DNA of 64,000 nt from Bdellovibrionota bacterium (GCA_041740355.1 JBGSMD010000006.1:64001-128000), one strand, 5' to 3'; positions 28,245 to 38,663 are shown, counted from the first letter of the stretch. Notes: generated by a model not told the origin, from the letters alone. Made by a program: numbers and translations.

Positions 28245-29018
28245 ATGTTAAACGCAACCTTAGTTAAAAAAATAGAAATTACAGAGCATTTATTAATTTA
28301 CCGAGTTAAGCCTGATGAGGAGATCCCAGACTTCACCGCAGGGCAGTATGTAGCCTTGGGTCTCATGCCTGAAAATCTTCGTCCAAGTCATTTTCCTGTC
28401 GAATTACACCCTCAAAAACCAGAAAAATTGATTAAACGAACCTATTCAATTGCTTCCTCGCCGGTAGAAAAAAATTATTTTGAATTCTATTTAGCGATAG
28501 TTCCTGATGGAACACTCAGTTCTAGACTTTGTTACTTACAAGAAGGCGAACGCTTATATTGTGCACCAAAAGTAACCGGAAAATTTACACTTGATGTTGT
28601 GCCTCCAGAAGCCAACGTTGTGATGGTTGCCACAGGGACTGGTTTAGCTCCGTTTTTATCTATGCTTCGAACCCCAAGTACCTGGGAGCAACCTGGAAAG
28701 ATTACATTAGTTTATGGTGTAAGATATCAAACAGATGTTGCTTATTTGCAGGAATTACAAGATTTAACTAAAGAACATGAAAACTTTACCTTTGCAGTGA
28801 CAGTTAGTCGACCTAGTGAGGATTGGCCTGGGCATAAAGGCTATGTGCAAACATTGTTTGAGTCAAATCAAGTTATGCTGGATTCATTAACAGATCATTT
28901 GATGTTGTGTGGTAACCCCGCTATGATTGATGATATGCAAAAGTATTTAGAGTCAAAAGGCTTTATTGAAAATACGCGTAAATTACCGGGGAATATTCAT
29001 TTAGAAAAGTATTGGTAA
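28245..29018 (+). CDS. fpr: Ferredoxin/flavodoxin-NADP reductase
   Basis: RTYSIAS, ATGTGLAPF, LCGNPAM, C-terminal EKYW. Confidence 0.93.
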   Translation: MLNATLVKKIEITEHLLIYRVKPDEEIPDFTAGQYVALGLMPENLRPSHFPVELHPQKPEKLIKRTYSIASSPVEKNYFEFYLAIVPDGTLSSRLCYLQEGERLYCAPKVTGKFTLDVVPPEANVVMVATGTGLAPFLSMLRTPSTWEQPGKITLVYGVRYQTDVAYLQELQDLTKEHENFTFAVTVSRPSEDWPGHKGYVQTLFESNQVMLDSLTDHLMLCGNPAMIDDMQKYLESKGFIENTRKLPGNIHLEKYW

Positions 29019-29023
29019 ATAAA

Positions 29024-29350
29024 ATGGAAGAAAATCAAAGTAAGCAAAACGTAGGAAATCCATGGTCAAAGTTAGTAGCTTGGATTAATAGCACTAGCTT
29101 ATTTAAGTTCATCAAGTTGAAAACCAGAAATGAATGGTCTAATGCCTTCAAAACCCAGATAAGTGCGACTTACCAAACATTAACAAATTCATCTGAGAAA
29201 TCACTACTAATCGGATTTCTTGCTGGTGTGTTAGTTGTTATTTTTCCAATGCTAATTTTTAAATTACTTCTACTTCTTCTGTTAATAGCATTGTTGATCT
29301 GGTTTATTGCTGATGAGTCTAGAGAGGAAGCCGAAGATCATATAGAGTGA
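29024..29350 (+). CDS. Hypothetical membrane protein
   Basis: Two hydrophobic segments near the C-terminus; ATG at 29024. Confidence 0.6.
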   Translation: MEENQSKQNVGNPWSKLVAWINSTSLFKFIKLKTRNEWSNAFKTQISATYQTLTNSSEKSLLIGFLAGVLVVIFPMLIFKLLLLLLLIALLIWFIADESREEAEDHIE

Positions 29351-29383
29351 TACACCATTAATATTCATGTATCTGTAAAACAG

Positions 29384-29585
29384 CTAATAATTGCATTTTT
29401 TAGCTATAGAGCTTGGATTTTCTACCGTCCAAGCTTTCATAGCAGACTGAAGTAAACTAAGTGCGATTGTATCATAGGCTTTTGCTCGATATTCTTTATA
29501 TAAAGCAGCAGAAATAGAAGCTAAAATTCCGACAATAGTAACGGTTACTAATAATTCAACCAGAGTGAATCCCGTTTTTTTTCAT
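29384..29585 (-). pseudogene. Short type IV prepilin, frameshifted in an A8 tract right after ATG
   Basis: Minus strand ATG-AAAAAAAA-CG GGA TTC ACT CTG GTT GAA; removing one A gives MKKTG/FTLVELLVTVTIVGILASISAALYKEYRAKAYD..CNY* (66 aa). Not in ORF track. Confidence 0.85.
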
Positions 29586-29594
29586 TTGCAATAC

Positions 29595-29621
29595 TTCTCG
29601 GCATTATATTAAAAAAATTAA
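29595..29621 (-). promoter_or_regulatory. Sigma28-like promoter before the pilin
   Basis: Minus strand TTAATTTT-N11-GCCGAGAA (13/16 to consensus), 9 nt upstream of the ATG. Confidence 0.5.
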
Positions 29622-29711
29622 AATCCCCCCACAATTTCAAGTTAATAAAACATTGGCAATACATTTTTAGGTAAAATACTACTGAAAGATCTGTCATAAA
29701 CCTAATAAAGC

Positions 29712-29797
29712 TAACTATATGATTTGATTATCCCTACGGGGGATATTAAGCCCCAAAAAGTAATTCCCAATGGAAATTACTTTTTGGACTCACTATA
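29712..29797 (-). repeat. Family A palindromic element
   Basis: Reverse complement tatagtgagtccaaaaagtaatttccattgggaattactttttggggctt is nearly identical to 50365. Confidence 0.85.
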
Positions 29798-29935
29798 TAC
29801 AAGTGATAATTTGGAATACTTATTCTAATCTTTGATCCAAATTAATCTTTTTTAATCAAAATATTTAATGACTTACAAGTATAGATACGATTCCTTATCT
29901 TGTTAGTTAGTTTATTTTGGTTAAAGCTGAAGGTT

Positions 29936-30322
29936 ATGAACAAAGAAGAAGACTTTACTCAGATATCGTTTGAATTAGAAGAAGCAGGACTTATTTGGCA
30001 ACCTTCCTTTGGTGACGAAATCGTGGTTAGGAAAGAGCCCGTGCGAGTCTCGATCTTAGTGGATTCAGCCGGACTTACGCCCGATGAGTTAAGAGATGTT
30101 TATATTTGGCGTCCATCAGTCGAACAGATGGTTCTTCAGGTTGAGGTAAGGCAAGCAATTTTAAAGCATAGTGGTCTTGAACTAAGCGAGAAGATGATTC
30201 AGTATTTAACTATTTTGGATACTCATTATGGGAAGATAGAAGCTCGAGCTCAAAGCTTAAGAGATTCAATTGGCTTAGGCTTAAAAGATTTACTTTTAAT
30301 CAGTTCAAGTCCGATTCACTAG
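29936..30322 (+). CDS. Hypothetical protein
   Basis: 128 aa from ATG 29936; GLIWQPSFGD and YIWRPSVEQ look conserved but family not recognised. Confidence 0.65.
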   Translation: MNKEEDFTQISFELEEAGLIWQPSFGDEIVVRKEPVRVSILVDSAGLTPDELRDVYIWRPSVEQMVLQVEVRQAILKHSGLELSEKMIQYLTILDTHYGKIEARAQSLRDSIGLGLKDLLLISSSPIH

Positions 30323-30926
30323 TATTTACTAACACCTTTTGATTTTTTCTGTGACGATAGTACCAGTAAAGTCCACCGAGTACTAAAGCGATCGCTAAAA
30401 TAATTTCAGTCTTTTGGATATAACCTCTAATTGATTCATAATTCTCAGAAGCGTAATACCCAATGGTAATCATGATTGTCGAGCTAATTAAAGCAGCCAT
30501 CATATCCGCCAGTAAGTAACGTAAAAACTTCATTTTCACAGCGCCACAACAAATGAAAGTAATTGTCCGTAAATAGAATAGATGTCTTCCTAAGAAAATT
30601 GCAGCAATAAAATTTTTGTCTAGTCTGGCCCGAACAGCTTTAATCTTTGCTGGTGGAATTCTGTTTCTAAACCAGCGCTTACTGAATAGGTTAATTCCAA
30701 AGCGCCGACCAATTCCGTAAAGAATCATATCTCCCACGATGATCGAACTGTAAGCTAAAGGAAAAGCCCATTCTAGTTCGACAAGTTTTCTTTGAACTAA
30801 TATACCAATAATAATCAGGATTAAATCTTCGGGAAAAGGTAAGAAGAATGCTCCCCCGATGAGGGTTAAACAAATCATTAAATATAAAAACTGACCCTCT
30901 TGGGCAAGAAACCAATCTGTGAACAT
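30300..30926 (-). CDS. dedA: DedA family membrane protein
   Basis: LPFPEDLIL, GDMILYGIGRRFG, AIFLGR..LR..G..KM..RY. Confidence 0.9.
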   Translation of the reverse strand: MFTDWFLAQEGQFLYLMICLTLIGGAFFLPFPEDLILIIIGILVQRKLVELEWAFPLAYSSIIVGDMILYGIGRRFGINLFSKRWFRNRIPPAKIKAVRARLDKNFIAAIFLGRHLFYLRTITFICCGAVKMKFLRYLLADMMAALISSTIMITIGYYASENYESIRGYIQKTEIILAIALVLGGLYWYYRHRKNQKVLVNTSESDLN

Positions 30927-31198
30927 AAGGTGGAGTAGTCTAGTACTTTTTCGTAATGAAGGAAAGTAAGTAAGACCTGCAAGAAATTAATTAATGTCTT
31001 TATTCTATGATCGATCATGGGCCTGAAGCAGTAATCGTAGTTCGATAATTAATCTAAAATGAACAGATTTGACATTCTAGGAATGAGTGTATTTGCTTAA
31101 AAATCCGATTTGATTAGACTCCAGTCAGAGGATTGGGTAATCAAAAGCCATTTACAGTTTAAACTATAATCTCTTATTAGCAGTACAGCAGTTTCAGT

Positions 31199-33160
31199 AT
31201 GAATGAGTTACTCACTAAAATTCAAAAAGGGGATCTTGGTTATTTAGAATCTTCGCAGCTTTTCATTCAGACTCACTTTCAAGATCTAACATATTATGAG
31301 AAAGTATTTTTAGTAGCCGCCTGCATGACCTTAGCGTTTCCTGAACGGAATGGAGAAGTGCCTGGGCAACCTGAGCTATATTTGGATTTTGCGACTGCTC
31401 GAATCTCGCAGTTAATTTTAGAAGTGCAAGCAGATAAACTTCCTGTTATTCCTCGTAAGGCGCTTGATATCTATGCCGTTAATTTCCAGGAAATTTTTGA
31501 TGCCCGAGGTAGGTTTATTGATCCAGCCGAGATTCTTAAGGAACTGACTGATGTTGGTTTGTTAATAGAAAAAGAAGGAAAACATTACATTCTAGGTAAG
31601 TTTGATGTTGGAATTATTCATTATGGAGACTGTGATTTTTTATTAGATGATGGGGTGTTACTTCTCGAAATTAATGGAATCCGCTATTCTCGAATTTTAA
31701 GTTCTCAGTCGGACCTGGAAGTAAAGAGGTTGATAGTCGAATTTCCACATGGTACTTATCCAGTTATTAATCAACAAATTATCAGCCAGATTGGCGATGT
31801 TTTTCCAGATCAGTTTGTGGATGTTAGTTTCAATTTTCAAAATGAATTAATTGGGGTGTATCAAGACGGTGAGAAATATCATTTGTTTCATGGAAAAGAT
31901 ACGCTATTTACGTTTGAATCCCAACCCAAGACATGCTTTTTTTCTGATGCCTTTGCAATTCCTAGTGGGTATGTCATTACTGCAGATGAGATTTATTACT
32001 TTATTCAAGGAGAATTAAAATTTCAAAATAAATTAGATAATTACAGTGTTTGTGAGATTAACTTCTCATATTTTCAAGATTCAGAGCAGGTATTTAATGC
32101 TTTTTTTTGGGGAACGATCCAAAAAAACTCGGCACAGGTTCCTTTTATGCTAGAACCTATTGAGACTTTGCCGACTTATGGAGATATTAAAGCGACACAT
32201 CAATTCCTGCATTACTGTGGCGAACCTTATGGAAAGTATGAGACTGACGTGGGGATCGTTTACGCCTTTGGTGCTAAACTTTTCCAGTCCCTGCGAGGTA
32301 AAAAAATAACAGAATTTATACCTGATCCTAATTTTGAACAAAGTGGTCTGGGGATAATAAAGACTACTGATGCGAGTTTTCCAATAGTTAATGGGCAAAT
32401 CTTAGCCCAGCTATTAGGCGAACGAATTGAACATTTTATCCCAATTGAAACCGCGCGCTCTTATGACAAGCTGACTGGGTGGGTTGTGACTAATTTAAGT
32501 ACACATTTAGTAATCAATGGCACAACGATGCTGCTAAATAGTGATCACGACTTTCATTATGATTTCCAGAATCCACCGCAAACTTTCATTGATCATTATG
32601 ATAAAATATATTTTGTTGGGTCGGCAATTGATCAGCAGCAACAAGTTCTACCTTTAGTTTTATTAGCTAGTAAGGAAGTATCGAGGCCAGAGATTTTAGG
32701 TTATCGTGATTTGTATGTAAGTGCTAAAGGTGATTTTAAGTGCATTGTTAAGTCGCCCGAACACGAACGATTAATCATTGGGATTCGACGTGAGGATGAG
32801 CAGTATCAGCTTGGTATCGGAGATTATGATGCTAGCAACTTAAGTCTGGTAGGATTTGGCTTATTTGGTGAGTTCATTCATGATGGAAAATTACATCCAT
32901 ATTTGGGTCAAGAAATGCTAGGTCGAATGGCTGGAATGGAAATAGATCAAAAAGTAATAATTAATGAAAATACTTATTTAGCCACATTTCATACTAAGCG
33001 GCAGAGCGGTTTATATCTTGGCAACCAGGCTTTATATGAGGGGCCGCAATATCAAGATTTTGACCTAAACAGTCATGATAATGGTTCAGAGTTAAAAGTG
33101 GGTTTCTCCTTTACTAGGGATAAAATCAGACATAAATATGGATTTAGTTTGAAATATTAA
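31199..33160 (+). CDS. Large hypothetical protein with beta-rich degenerate repeats
   Basis: 653-aa open frame; recurring segments such as YPVINQQIISQIG, FPIVNGQILAQLLG, HPYLGQEMLGRMAG. Confidence 0.75.
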   Translation: MNELLTKIQKGDLGYLESSQLFIQTHFQDLTYYEKVFLVAACMTLAFPERNGEVPGQPELYLDFATARISQLILEVQADKLPVIPRKALDIYAVNFQEIFDARGRFIDPAEILKELTDVGLLIEKEGKHYILGKFDVGIIHYGDCDFLLDDGVLLLEINGIRYSRILSSQSDLEVKRLIVEFPHGTYPVINQQIISQIGDVFPDQFVDVSFNFQNELIGVYQDGEKYHLFHGKDTLFTFESQPKTCFFSDAFAIPSGYVITADEIYYFIQGELKFQNKLDNYSVCEINFSYFQDSEQVFNAFFWGTIQKNSAQVPFMLEPIETLPTYGDIKATHQFLHYCGEPYGKYETDVGIVYAFGAKLFQSLRGKKITEFIPDPNFEQSGLGIIKTTDASFPIVNGQILAQLLGERIEHFIPIETARSYDKLTGWVVTNLSTHLVINGTTMLLNSDHDFHYDFQNPPQTFIDHYDKIYFVGSAIDQQQQVLPLVLLASKEVSRPEILGYRDLYVSAKGDFKCIVKSPEHERLIIGIRREDEQYQLGIGDYDASNLSLVGFGLFGEFIHDGKLHPYLGQEMLGRMAGMEIDQKVIINENTYLATFHTKRQSGLYLGNQALYEGPQYQDFDLNSHDNGSELKVGFSFTRDKIRHKYGFSLKY

Positions 33161-33169
33161 AATATAATT

Positions 33170-34213
33170 TCAATATGCCAAGTCTGGGCTTTTGTTAATC
33201 TGTCCAGCTCCATCGCAAGTATAAATTAACCTTTGCTTTACTCTCCAAAGATATGTTGGAACCTCAATCATTGCGGAATCAAATTTTCTCTTCTTACATT
33301 GTTTTGTTAAGTAATTCTCAAAACTAAAAATGCTGGAATGCGGAAGCGTTTTGACTTGATCGTAATAATCCTGAGAGTACGATTTCTGATCAATCGTGAA
33401 ATTAATCTCACTACCTGTATACATTCGGTAGCTCAATGGTTTAGTGAAGGTTGTCAGAGTATGAGTTAGGGGCATGATTGTTAGGATAATTAAAATGATT
33501 ATCTGGGAATAATTTATCCCTGCCCATTTAGGAATTTCCCATAAATAAAAGACTCCAATTAAAATAAGAATTAATAAATTCCATGACCAAACAACTTCAG
33601 CATAGCCAAGAAAGAAGCAAAGTAAGCCAATAGCTGAACCATGAATTAAAAAAGTTAGGACTGTTGTGATTTTCCATCGAAAGATAATTCCCAGCCCAAT
33701 TAATATTTCCAGAAGCGGTGCTATGATTGCTCCTGCCATGACAATCGTTTGAACTGTAGGATAATTTGTAAATGGAGAGCCGAATAAGACTACTATTTTT
33801 GCATAACCAAGATTTAATTTATTTAATCCGGCCCAGATCTCCTGAATTGCAATTAACCAAAGTGAAAGTCGGAGAGTTCGATCGACTCCTGAAAAAATTA
33901 ATAATAGAAAATAGTTGTAAGTATATTCTGTAAGAGAATTAATATCTAGCAACACAGAACAAGAGATCAGTAATGTTAGAATTGGCCAAAGTTTTGGTAG
34001 GAAGATTACTAATCCAGCAAAAGTTCCATGCAGGATCATAAATGCCAAATAAAAACTTTGTGGCAAGCTGAAAAAAGAAACCATCAAATCGGGGTGAAAC
34101 CATTGTCGCCAAGTGCAGATATGACTCCAGAGTAGAGCAATAGCAGTTAATCTAATTATGAAATCAGCTCGATTCGAAAAAATTATTTTTAATTTATTTT
34201 TATTTTCAAACAT
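33170..34213 (-). CDS. Multi-pass membrane protein (HTTM-like)
   Basis: Many TM segments; WAGLNKLN, LEILIGLG, FLIHG, WSWN, LSYRMYTG. Confidence 0.6.
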   Translation of the reverse strand: MFENKNKLKIIFSNRADFIIRLTAIALLWSHICTWRQWFHPDLMVSFFSLPQSFYLAFMILHGTFAGLVIFLPKLWPILTLLISCSVLLDINSLTEYTYNYFLLLIFSGVDRTLRLSLWLIAIQEIWAGLNKLNLGYAKIVVLFGSPFTNYPTVQTIVMAGAIIAPLLEILIGLGIIFRWKITTVLTFLIHGSAIGLLCFFLGYAEVVWSWNLLILILIGVFYLWEIPKWAGINYSQIIILIILTIMPLTHTLTTFTKPLSYRMYTGSEINFTIDQKSYSQDYYDQVKTLPHSSIFSFENYLTKQCKKRKFDSAMIEVPTYLWRVKQRLIYTCDGAGQINKSPDLAY

Positions 34214-34292
34214 TTAGTGGTTTGAAGGTGAAGTGTAATAAACATTAATTTATTTGACTTTACGACTCATCAGACGGCCCTTCAAGATAGCT

Positions 34293-35864
34293 TTAATCAG
34301 GTGAGAATCCCCGACGCATAGTATTTTCTGTAATAACCTTGGGTACTACAAATTGTTTAAGATAATCAGGTCCTCCTGCTTTGGAGCCAATGCCAGAAAG
34401 TTTAAAACCTCCGAAAGGTTGTCGGCCAACAATCGCTCCCGTGCAAGCGCGGTTGATGTAAAAATTACCAACACGAATATCTGCACTAACTTTAGCAATA
34501 TTACTTGGACTGCGAGAATATAAACCAGCGGTTAAACCAAATTTAGTACCATTTGCTAAGCTTATAGCTTCAGCTAGACTTTTGGCTTGCTTGATCGCTA
34601 GTACTGGACCGAAGATTTCTTGTTGCCAAAGATCGGAGTTAGTATCCTGACATTCGAAAATTGTTACGGGCACAAAAGTACCTTCACTAGGTACATTGCT
34701 TTTATATTTCAGGGAATGCAACTTGGTATTAGCTTCAATCAGTTTAAGAAGGCGCGTTTGGGCTTCGTGATCAATAACGGGACCAACAAATGATTTTGAT
34801 TGAAAGCTTAAACCAATTAATAGATCTTTAGCCGCTGGAATTAGTCGATCCATTAATGCTTGATGGGCGGAGCCAATTGTAATAACACGCGAGCAGGCCG
34901 AGCATTTTTGACCGGAGTAAGCAAACGCTGAATAGAGAATTCCTTTAATTGCTTCATCTAGATCAGCATCCTCATCAACAATAATGGCATTTTTCCCACC
35001 AAGTTCTAGAATGCATCTCTTGATAAAAGTTTGTTCAGGGTTAATCTTTGAACAAGCGCTCAAGATTTTTTGTCCAACAGCAAGAGAGCCAGTAAAGCAG
35101 ATTAAGTTTACATCGGAAGATTCCAATAAAAGAGGACCAATTTCTTCACCATCCCCGGGCAAAAAAGCCAAGGCTTCAGTTGGTAGTCCTGCTTGAAAAA
35201 GAATCTCGACTAATTTTTGAGCAATTAATGATGATTGTTCCGCCGGTTTTAAGATTGCGACATTTCCAGCGACTAATGCTGCTACTAACATCCCGCAAGG
35301 TATAGCTAGTGGAAAATTCCAAGGGCTAATCACAACTGCGAGGCCGACAGGTTCATAGAAATAAGTATTATTTTCTCCAGGTAAAACTTGAGTAATAAAG
35401 GGAGCTAAAGATTCCAATGCTAGCTCGGCATAATAATTGCAAAAGTCGATTGCTTCCACCACATCGCGATCCGCCTCATACCAATTTTTACCAGTTTCGC
35501 GAACGATTAAAGCCGATAGTTCCATTTGATTTTCTTGCATTAACTTTGCTGTGCGACGTAAGATGTTAGCTCGCTCGCTTAAGCTGGTTTTTTGCCAGGT
35601 TGGTAAAAACTCCTTAAGTTTTTTAATTGCGGTAGTTGTTAATTCCTTATTAGCAAAATGCACTTGAGCAATAACTTGTTTGCCATTGTTGCAATCAAGA
35701 CGCGAATACACATTGGACGAAATATGTTTTTCCCCTTGAACGATTGGCTTGACGCTTATCTCGGAGTCAATTAATTGGTTAACTGCTGTTAAGACATTGG
35801 CAAAATTTGTTAAATTTTCTGGAATTGTAAAATCAATTGGGGAAGAGTTTTTAAAGTTAATCAT
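34293..35864 (-). CDS. pruA: Glutamate semialdehyde (P5C) dehydrogenase, C-terminal half of PutA
   Basis: EAIDFCNYY, SPWNFPLAI, FTGS, ELGGKN, GQKCSACSR, EIFGPV, ENTMRRGF. Confidence 0.93.
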   Translation of the reverse strand: MINFKNSSPIDFTIPENLTNFANVLTAVNQLIDSEISVKPIVQGEKHISSNVYSRLDCNNGKQVIAQVHFANKELTTTAIKKLKEFLPTWQKTSLSERANILRRTAKLMQENQMELSALIVRETGKNWYEADRDVVEAIDFCNYYAELALESLAPFITQVLPGENNTYFYEPVGLAVVISPWNFPLAIPCGMLVAALVAGNVAILKPAEQSSLIAQKLVEILFQAGLPTEALAFLPGDGEEIGPLLLESSDVNLICFTGSLAVGQKILSACSKINPEQTFIKRCILELGGKNAIIVDEDADLDEAIKGILYSAFAYSGQKCSACSRVITIGSAHQALMDRLIPAAKDLLIGLSFQSKSFVGPVIDHEAQTRLLKLIEANTKLHSLKYKSNVPSEGTFVPVTIFECQDTNSDLWQQEIFGPVLAIKQAKSLAEAISLANGTKFGLTAGLYSRSPSNIAKVSADIRVGNFYINRACTGAIVGRQPFGGFKLSGIGSKAGGPDYLKQFVVPKVITENTMRRGFSPD

Positions 35865-35890
35865 GATTATATAATTATTAAAACTATTGC

Positions 35891-37285
35891 TTAAAGTCTT
35901 ACTTGATTAAGTTTGTTTAATGTTATTGCCGGATCTTCTAATAGGTGATCAACATTTTTTTGATCATAAAAAGTATGTCGTAAAAATGAATCATTGGAAG
36001 TGTTCTCCAGGAGCCGACGAACTAAATAGCCCATGCCCGGAAGAATTTCTCCTAAGGGTACATAGAGCCGAACTAAATAACCTTTAGAGGCAAATGCTAG
36101 GGCAATTGGTTGAGCCATGCCATATAGCATTTGTAATTCAAAAAGATTTTTGCTAATTCCTTTTTCTTCAGCGTAACAACAAATTTGTGATAATGAGCGG
36201 ACATTATGCGAACCAAAAGCAGGATAGCAATGTTCGATATTATCTATTAATAAACAACTAAGTCTTTCATAATTCAGATCGCTTTCTGCTTTGATTTGGA
36301 ATAGTGGACTTTTCCAATAGTTTTGAGCAGCGCCGGCATTCTCTTGATCCCAATAAGCACCTTTCACTAAACGAATCGCGATTGGTCGCTTATTATCTTT
36401 AGCCCAGTCCAAGAGATCTACTAATAACTCTTCCGAATGTTTAGCATAGGCTTGAAGTACTACCCCGGGAAACTTTAGTTCGGCGAGTTCGGGATCACTA
36501 AAAACCTTTTTAAAAGTAGCATATATAATCGGGTTATGTGCCGTATCCTCAGCATCAACGTAAATTCCGGAACCAAGTCGAAGAGCTTCTAGGGCAATTT
36601 CTTTTAATCGAGCAGAAAGAATTTCAACAGATTGATCAAGGTTTAAAATACTAGTTTGTGAATAGAGCGCAGTTAACTTCACACTAATATTACAATTTTG
36701 TACTAGACCCAAATGGTTGGGATCAGTTTTAAAGTTTTTCTTCCAACCAGGAGCTTCTTGGGCGATTACAGTAAGCGCTTCTTGGTAGCGACTTAGGTAG
36801 GCAAGGCTTTCTTGATCGCTAACAGAGTACTCGCCGAGTAGATCGACTGTGTAAGTCAAACCTTGGGAATAAAGCTTTTTTAAAGCTGGCAGGGCAGCTT
36901 GCGGATTTTCACCAGCAATAAAAACTTTGGACATTTGTTTAATGGATGTCCTAACAGCAATTTTGCTAATTATTGCAGGAATAAAGTTGTAACTGGGTAA
37001 TTTGAAGAAATATTTTAGTAGGGGATTAATCTTGCCCGCAGATTCACTAAGATATTCACTAATATGTTTACCAACAGAGTCTGCTGTTTTTAGTGTGGGC
37101 AAAACATCCACTAGTCGAAAAAGACTATTCTTAAAGTCAGGTTCGTTAAGTGTCCAAGCAAGTAACTTAGAGTTGATAAAGTTCTTTTGAAAGGCGGAAG
37201 GCTGAGAACTACCGATTAATGTAAAAATTTCGCGTCCAAAATCTCTAATTTTATTATTGGAATTAATCGTGCTTTCTTGTGTCAT
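35891..37285 (-). CDS. Proline dehydrogenase, N-terminal half of PutA
   Basis: FRLVDVLP, VDLLGE, ISVKLTAL, IRLVKGAYWD, GSHN, QMLYGM, YLVRRLLENTSNDSF. Confidence 0.93.
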   Translation of the reverse strand: MTQESTINSNNKIRDFGREIFTLIGSSQPSAFQKNFINSKLLAWTLNEPDFKNSLFRLVDVLPTLKTADSVGKHISEYLSESAGKINPLLKYFFKLPSYNFIPAIISKIAVRTSIKQMSKVFIAGENPQAALPALKKLYSQGLTYTVDLLGEYSVSDQESLAYLSRYQEALTVIAQEAPGWKKNFKTDPNHLGLVQNCNISVKLTALYSQTSILNLDQSVEILSARLKEIALEALRLGSGIYVDAEDTAHNPIIYATFKKVFSDPELAELKFPGVVLQAYAKHSEELLVDLLDWAKDNKRPIAIRLVKGAYWDQENAGAAQNYWKSPLFQIKAESDLNYERLSCLLIDNIEHCYPAFGSHNVRSLSQICCYAEEKGISKNLFELQMLYGMAQPIALAFASKGYLVRLYVPLGEILPGMGYLVRRLLENTSNDSFLRHTFYDQKNVDHLLEDPAITLNKLNQVRL

Positions 37286-37474
37286 AGAGTTAAATTAAGG
37301 GAAATAAGTATGCTGTGTAGTTAGACTTTAAATCATGATCAATGTTTTCAAAATACGTTCCTTTTTCGGCAGTATTTTTTGGCGACAGTGGCATTCTTGC
37401 CAAGCCGGAACCTTTCTTTAAAAAGTTGCATCTTTTCTTTATAAATTGGCATCTTACCTAGAGTATTTGGTTTT

Positions 37475-37616
37475 TAAACCCTCCGCCGATCGTTTTAGTA
37501 ATAAGAAATATAATCAAGGCGGTTTTGGTGTTTTTTCTACGGCAAAAAATGGCTTAACCATTATTTTGCTCGCCCACCACCATTGTTTTTGTAAAAACTA
37601 AATGATGGTGGATTTA
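37475..37616 (+). repeat. Family B palindromic element
   Basis: taaacc..ggtgttttttctacggcaaaaaatggcttaaccattattttgctcgcccacc..ggtggattta; core matches 8495-8545. Confidence 0.8.
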
Positions 37617-37629
37617 TTTAAGGACAATC

Positions 37630-38082
37630 ATGGCCAGTAACTCAGCAGAGTTTTATCAAAGTTGGTATAGTCAATTTTATATAGCAGAAAATGAATTTGC
37701 TGAGAATCGAGACGTGTCATTACAACAAGGATTCTCAGTTTTTAAATTTGCCAATCTTTTGCACTTAAAATTTGAAGTTTTTGCTAAAGATGCTGATAAT
37801 GTTTTATCAAGTGAGGAAGTTGCCGAAGCTCGAATCAAAGCTCAAACTACTAGATTTTTAAATTTTCTCAATACATCCTCAATTGTATTACAAAAATTAG
37901 TTGCAAAGATTAAATCAGAAGACACCTTAATTTTTAATCGCATTCATAAATTAGTAAGCTTTTTATTTGAACAGATAGACCGCTTGCGAGTTCGTTGCTT
38001 AAGACTGCTTAAAAGTAAACTAGGGATTAAATTTCAATTTCTTGGAATAATTAAGCAAGTCACTAAATGTGTTTGTTTATAG
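37630..38082 (+). CDS. Hypothetical protein
   Basis: AAGGA RBS before ATG; 150 aa; 3' end overlaps the PPTase gene. Confidence 0.55.
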   Translation: MASNSAEFYQSWYSQFYIAENEFAENRDVSLQQGFSVFKFANLLHLKFEVFAKDADNVLSSEEVAEARIKAQTTRFLNFLNTSSIVLQKLVAKIKSEDTLIFNRIHKLVSFLFEQIDRLRVRCLRLLKSKLGIKFQFLGIIKQVTKCVCL

Positions 38083-38663
38083 AAACCGTATTCTAAAGTA
38101 AGCAGGGGTAGGGCTTCTTTTTGATTAATAACAATTGCTTTTAGTTTCCCTTTTTCTTCCCAAATTTCAATATTCTGATACGAAAACCGATCAATTTTAG
38201 TACTACAAGCCTTATAAACCGCCTCTTTAGCAGAAAAAATGATAGTTGCTACGAGCAATCGTTCAGCAGGGTACTTATTGATCAGTTCTCGTTCTAGTGG
38301 AGTTGTAATACGAGTAATAAATTTTTCAGTTAAGGGGCGTGCCTGAAGTTCCAAGTCAATTCCCATACTAAGATATTTTTCTTTTGGACCAACAATTGCT
38401 GCAGCAACATGTTTGGAATGGGAAAGCGAATGGATTAATTCCTCTGGTAAAACTACCTTTTTATTAATACCACTAGGATCATATGCAAACGTTAAGTCTA
38501 GGCTTTTACAACAGGCAGCTAAGCAGGCTCTGGAAAGCAGATACTCATTTTGACGTTTTTCAGCTCCATTAAACTTGGACCTTTGATCGCCGCTATCTTG
38601 GATGATTAAGCGACAGTCCGAGGGGATCTGTGTTACTTCAAATTTTTTTGCGAAATCCAACAT
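38034..38663 (-). CDS. 4'-phosphopantetheinyl transferase (EntD/Sfp-type)
   Basis: KRQNEYLLSRACL, SLSHS, GIDLE, FSAKEAVYKA. Confidence 0.9.
   Translation of the reverse strand: MLDFAKKFEVTQIPSDCRLIIQDSGDQRSKFNGAEKRQNEYLLSRACLAACCKSLDLTFAYDPSGINKKVVLPEELIHSLSHSKHVAAAIVGPKEKYLSMGIDLELQARPLTEKFITRITTPLERELINKYPAERLLVATIIFSAKEAVYKACSTKIDRFSYQNIEIWEEKGKLKAIVINQKEALPLLTLEYGFYKQTHLVTCLIIPRN

Noticed and set aside
38034-38663. PPTase as marker of an NRPS/siderophore cluster
   Set aside because: No carrier-protein or NRPS/PKS genes in the window.
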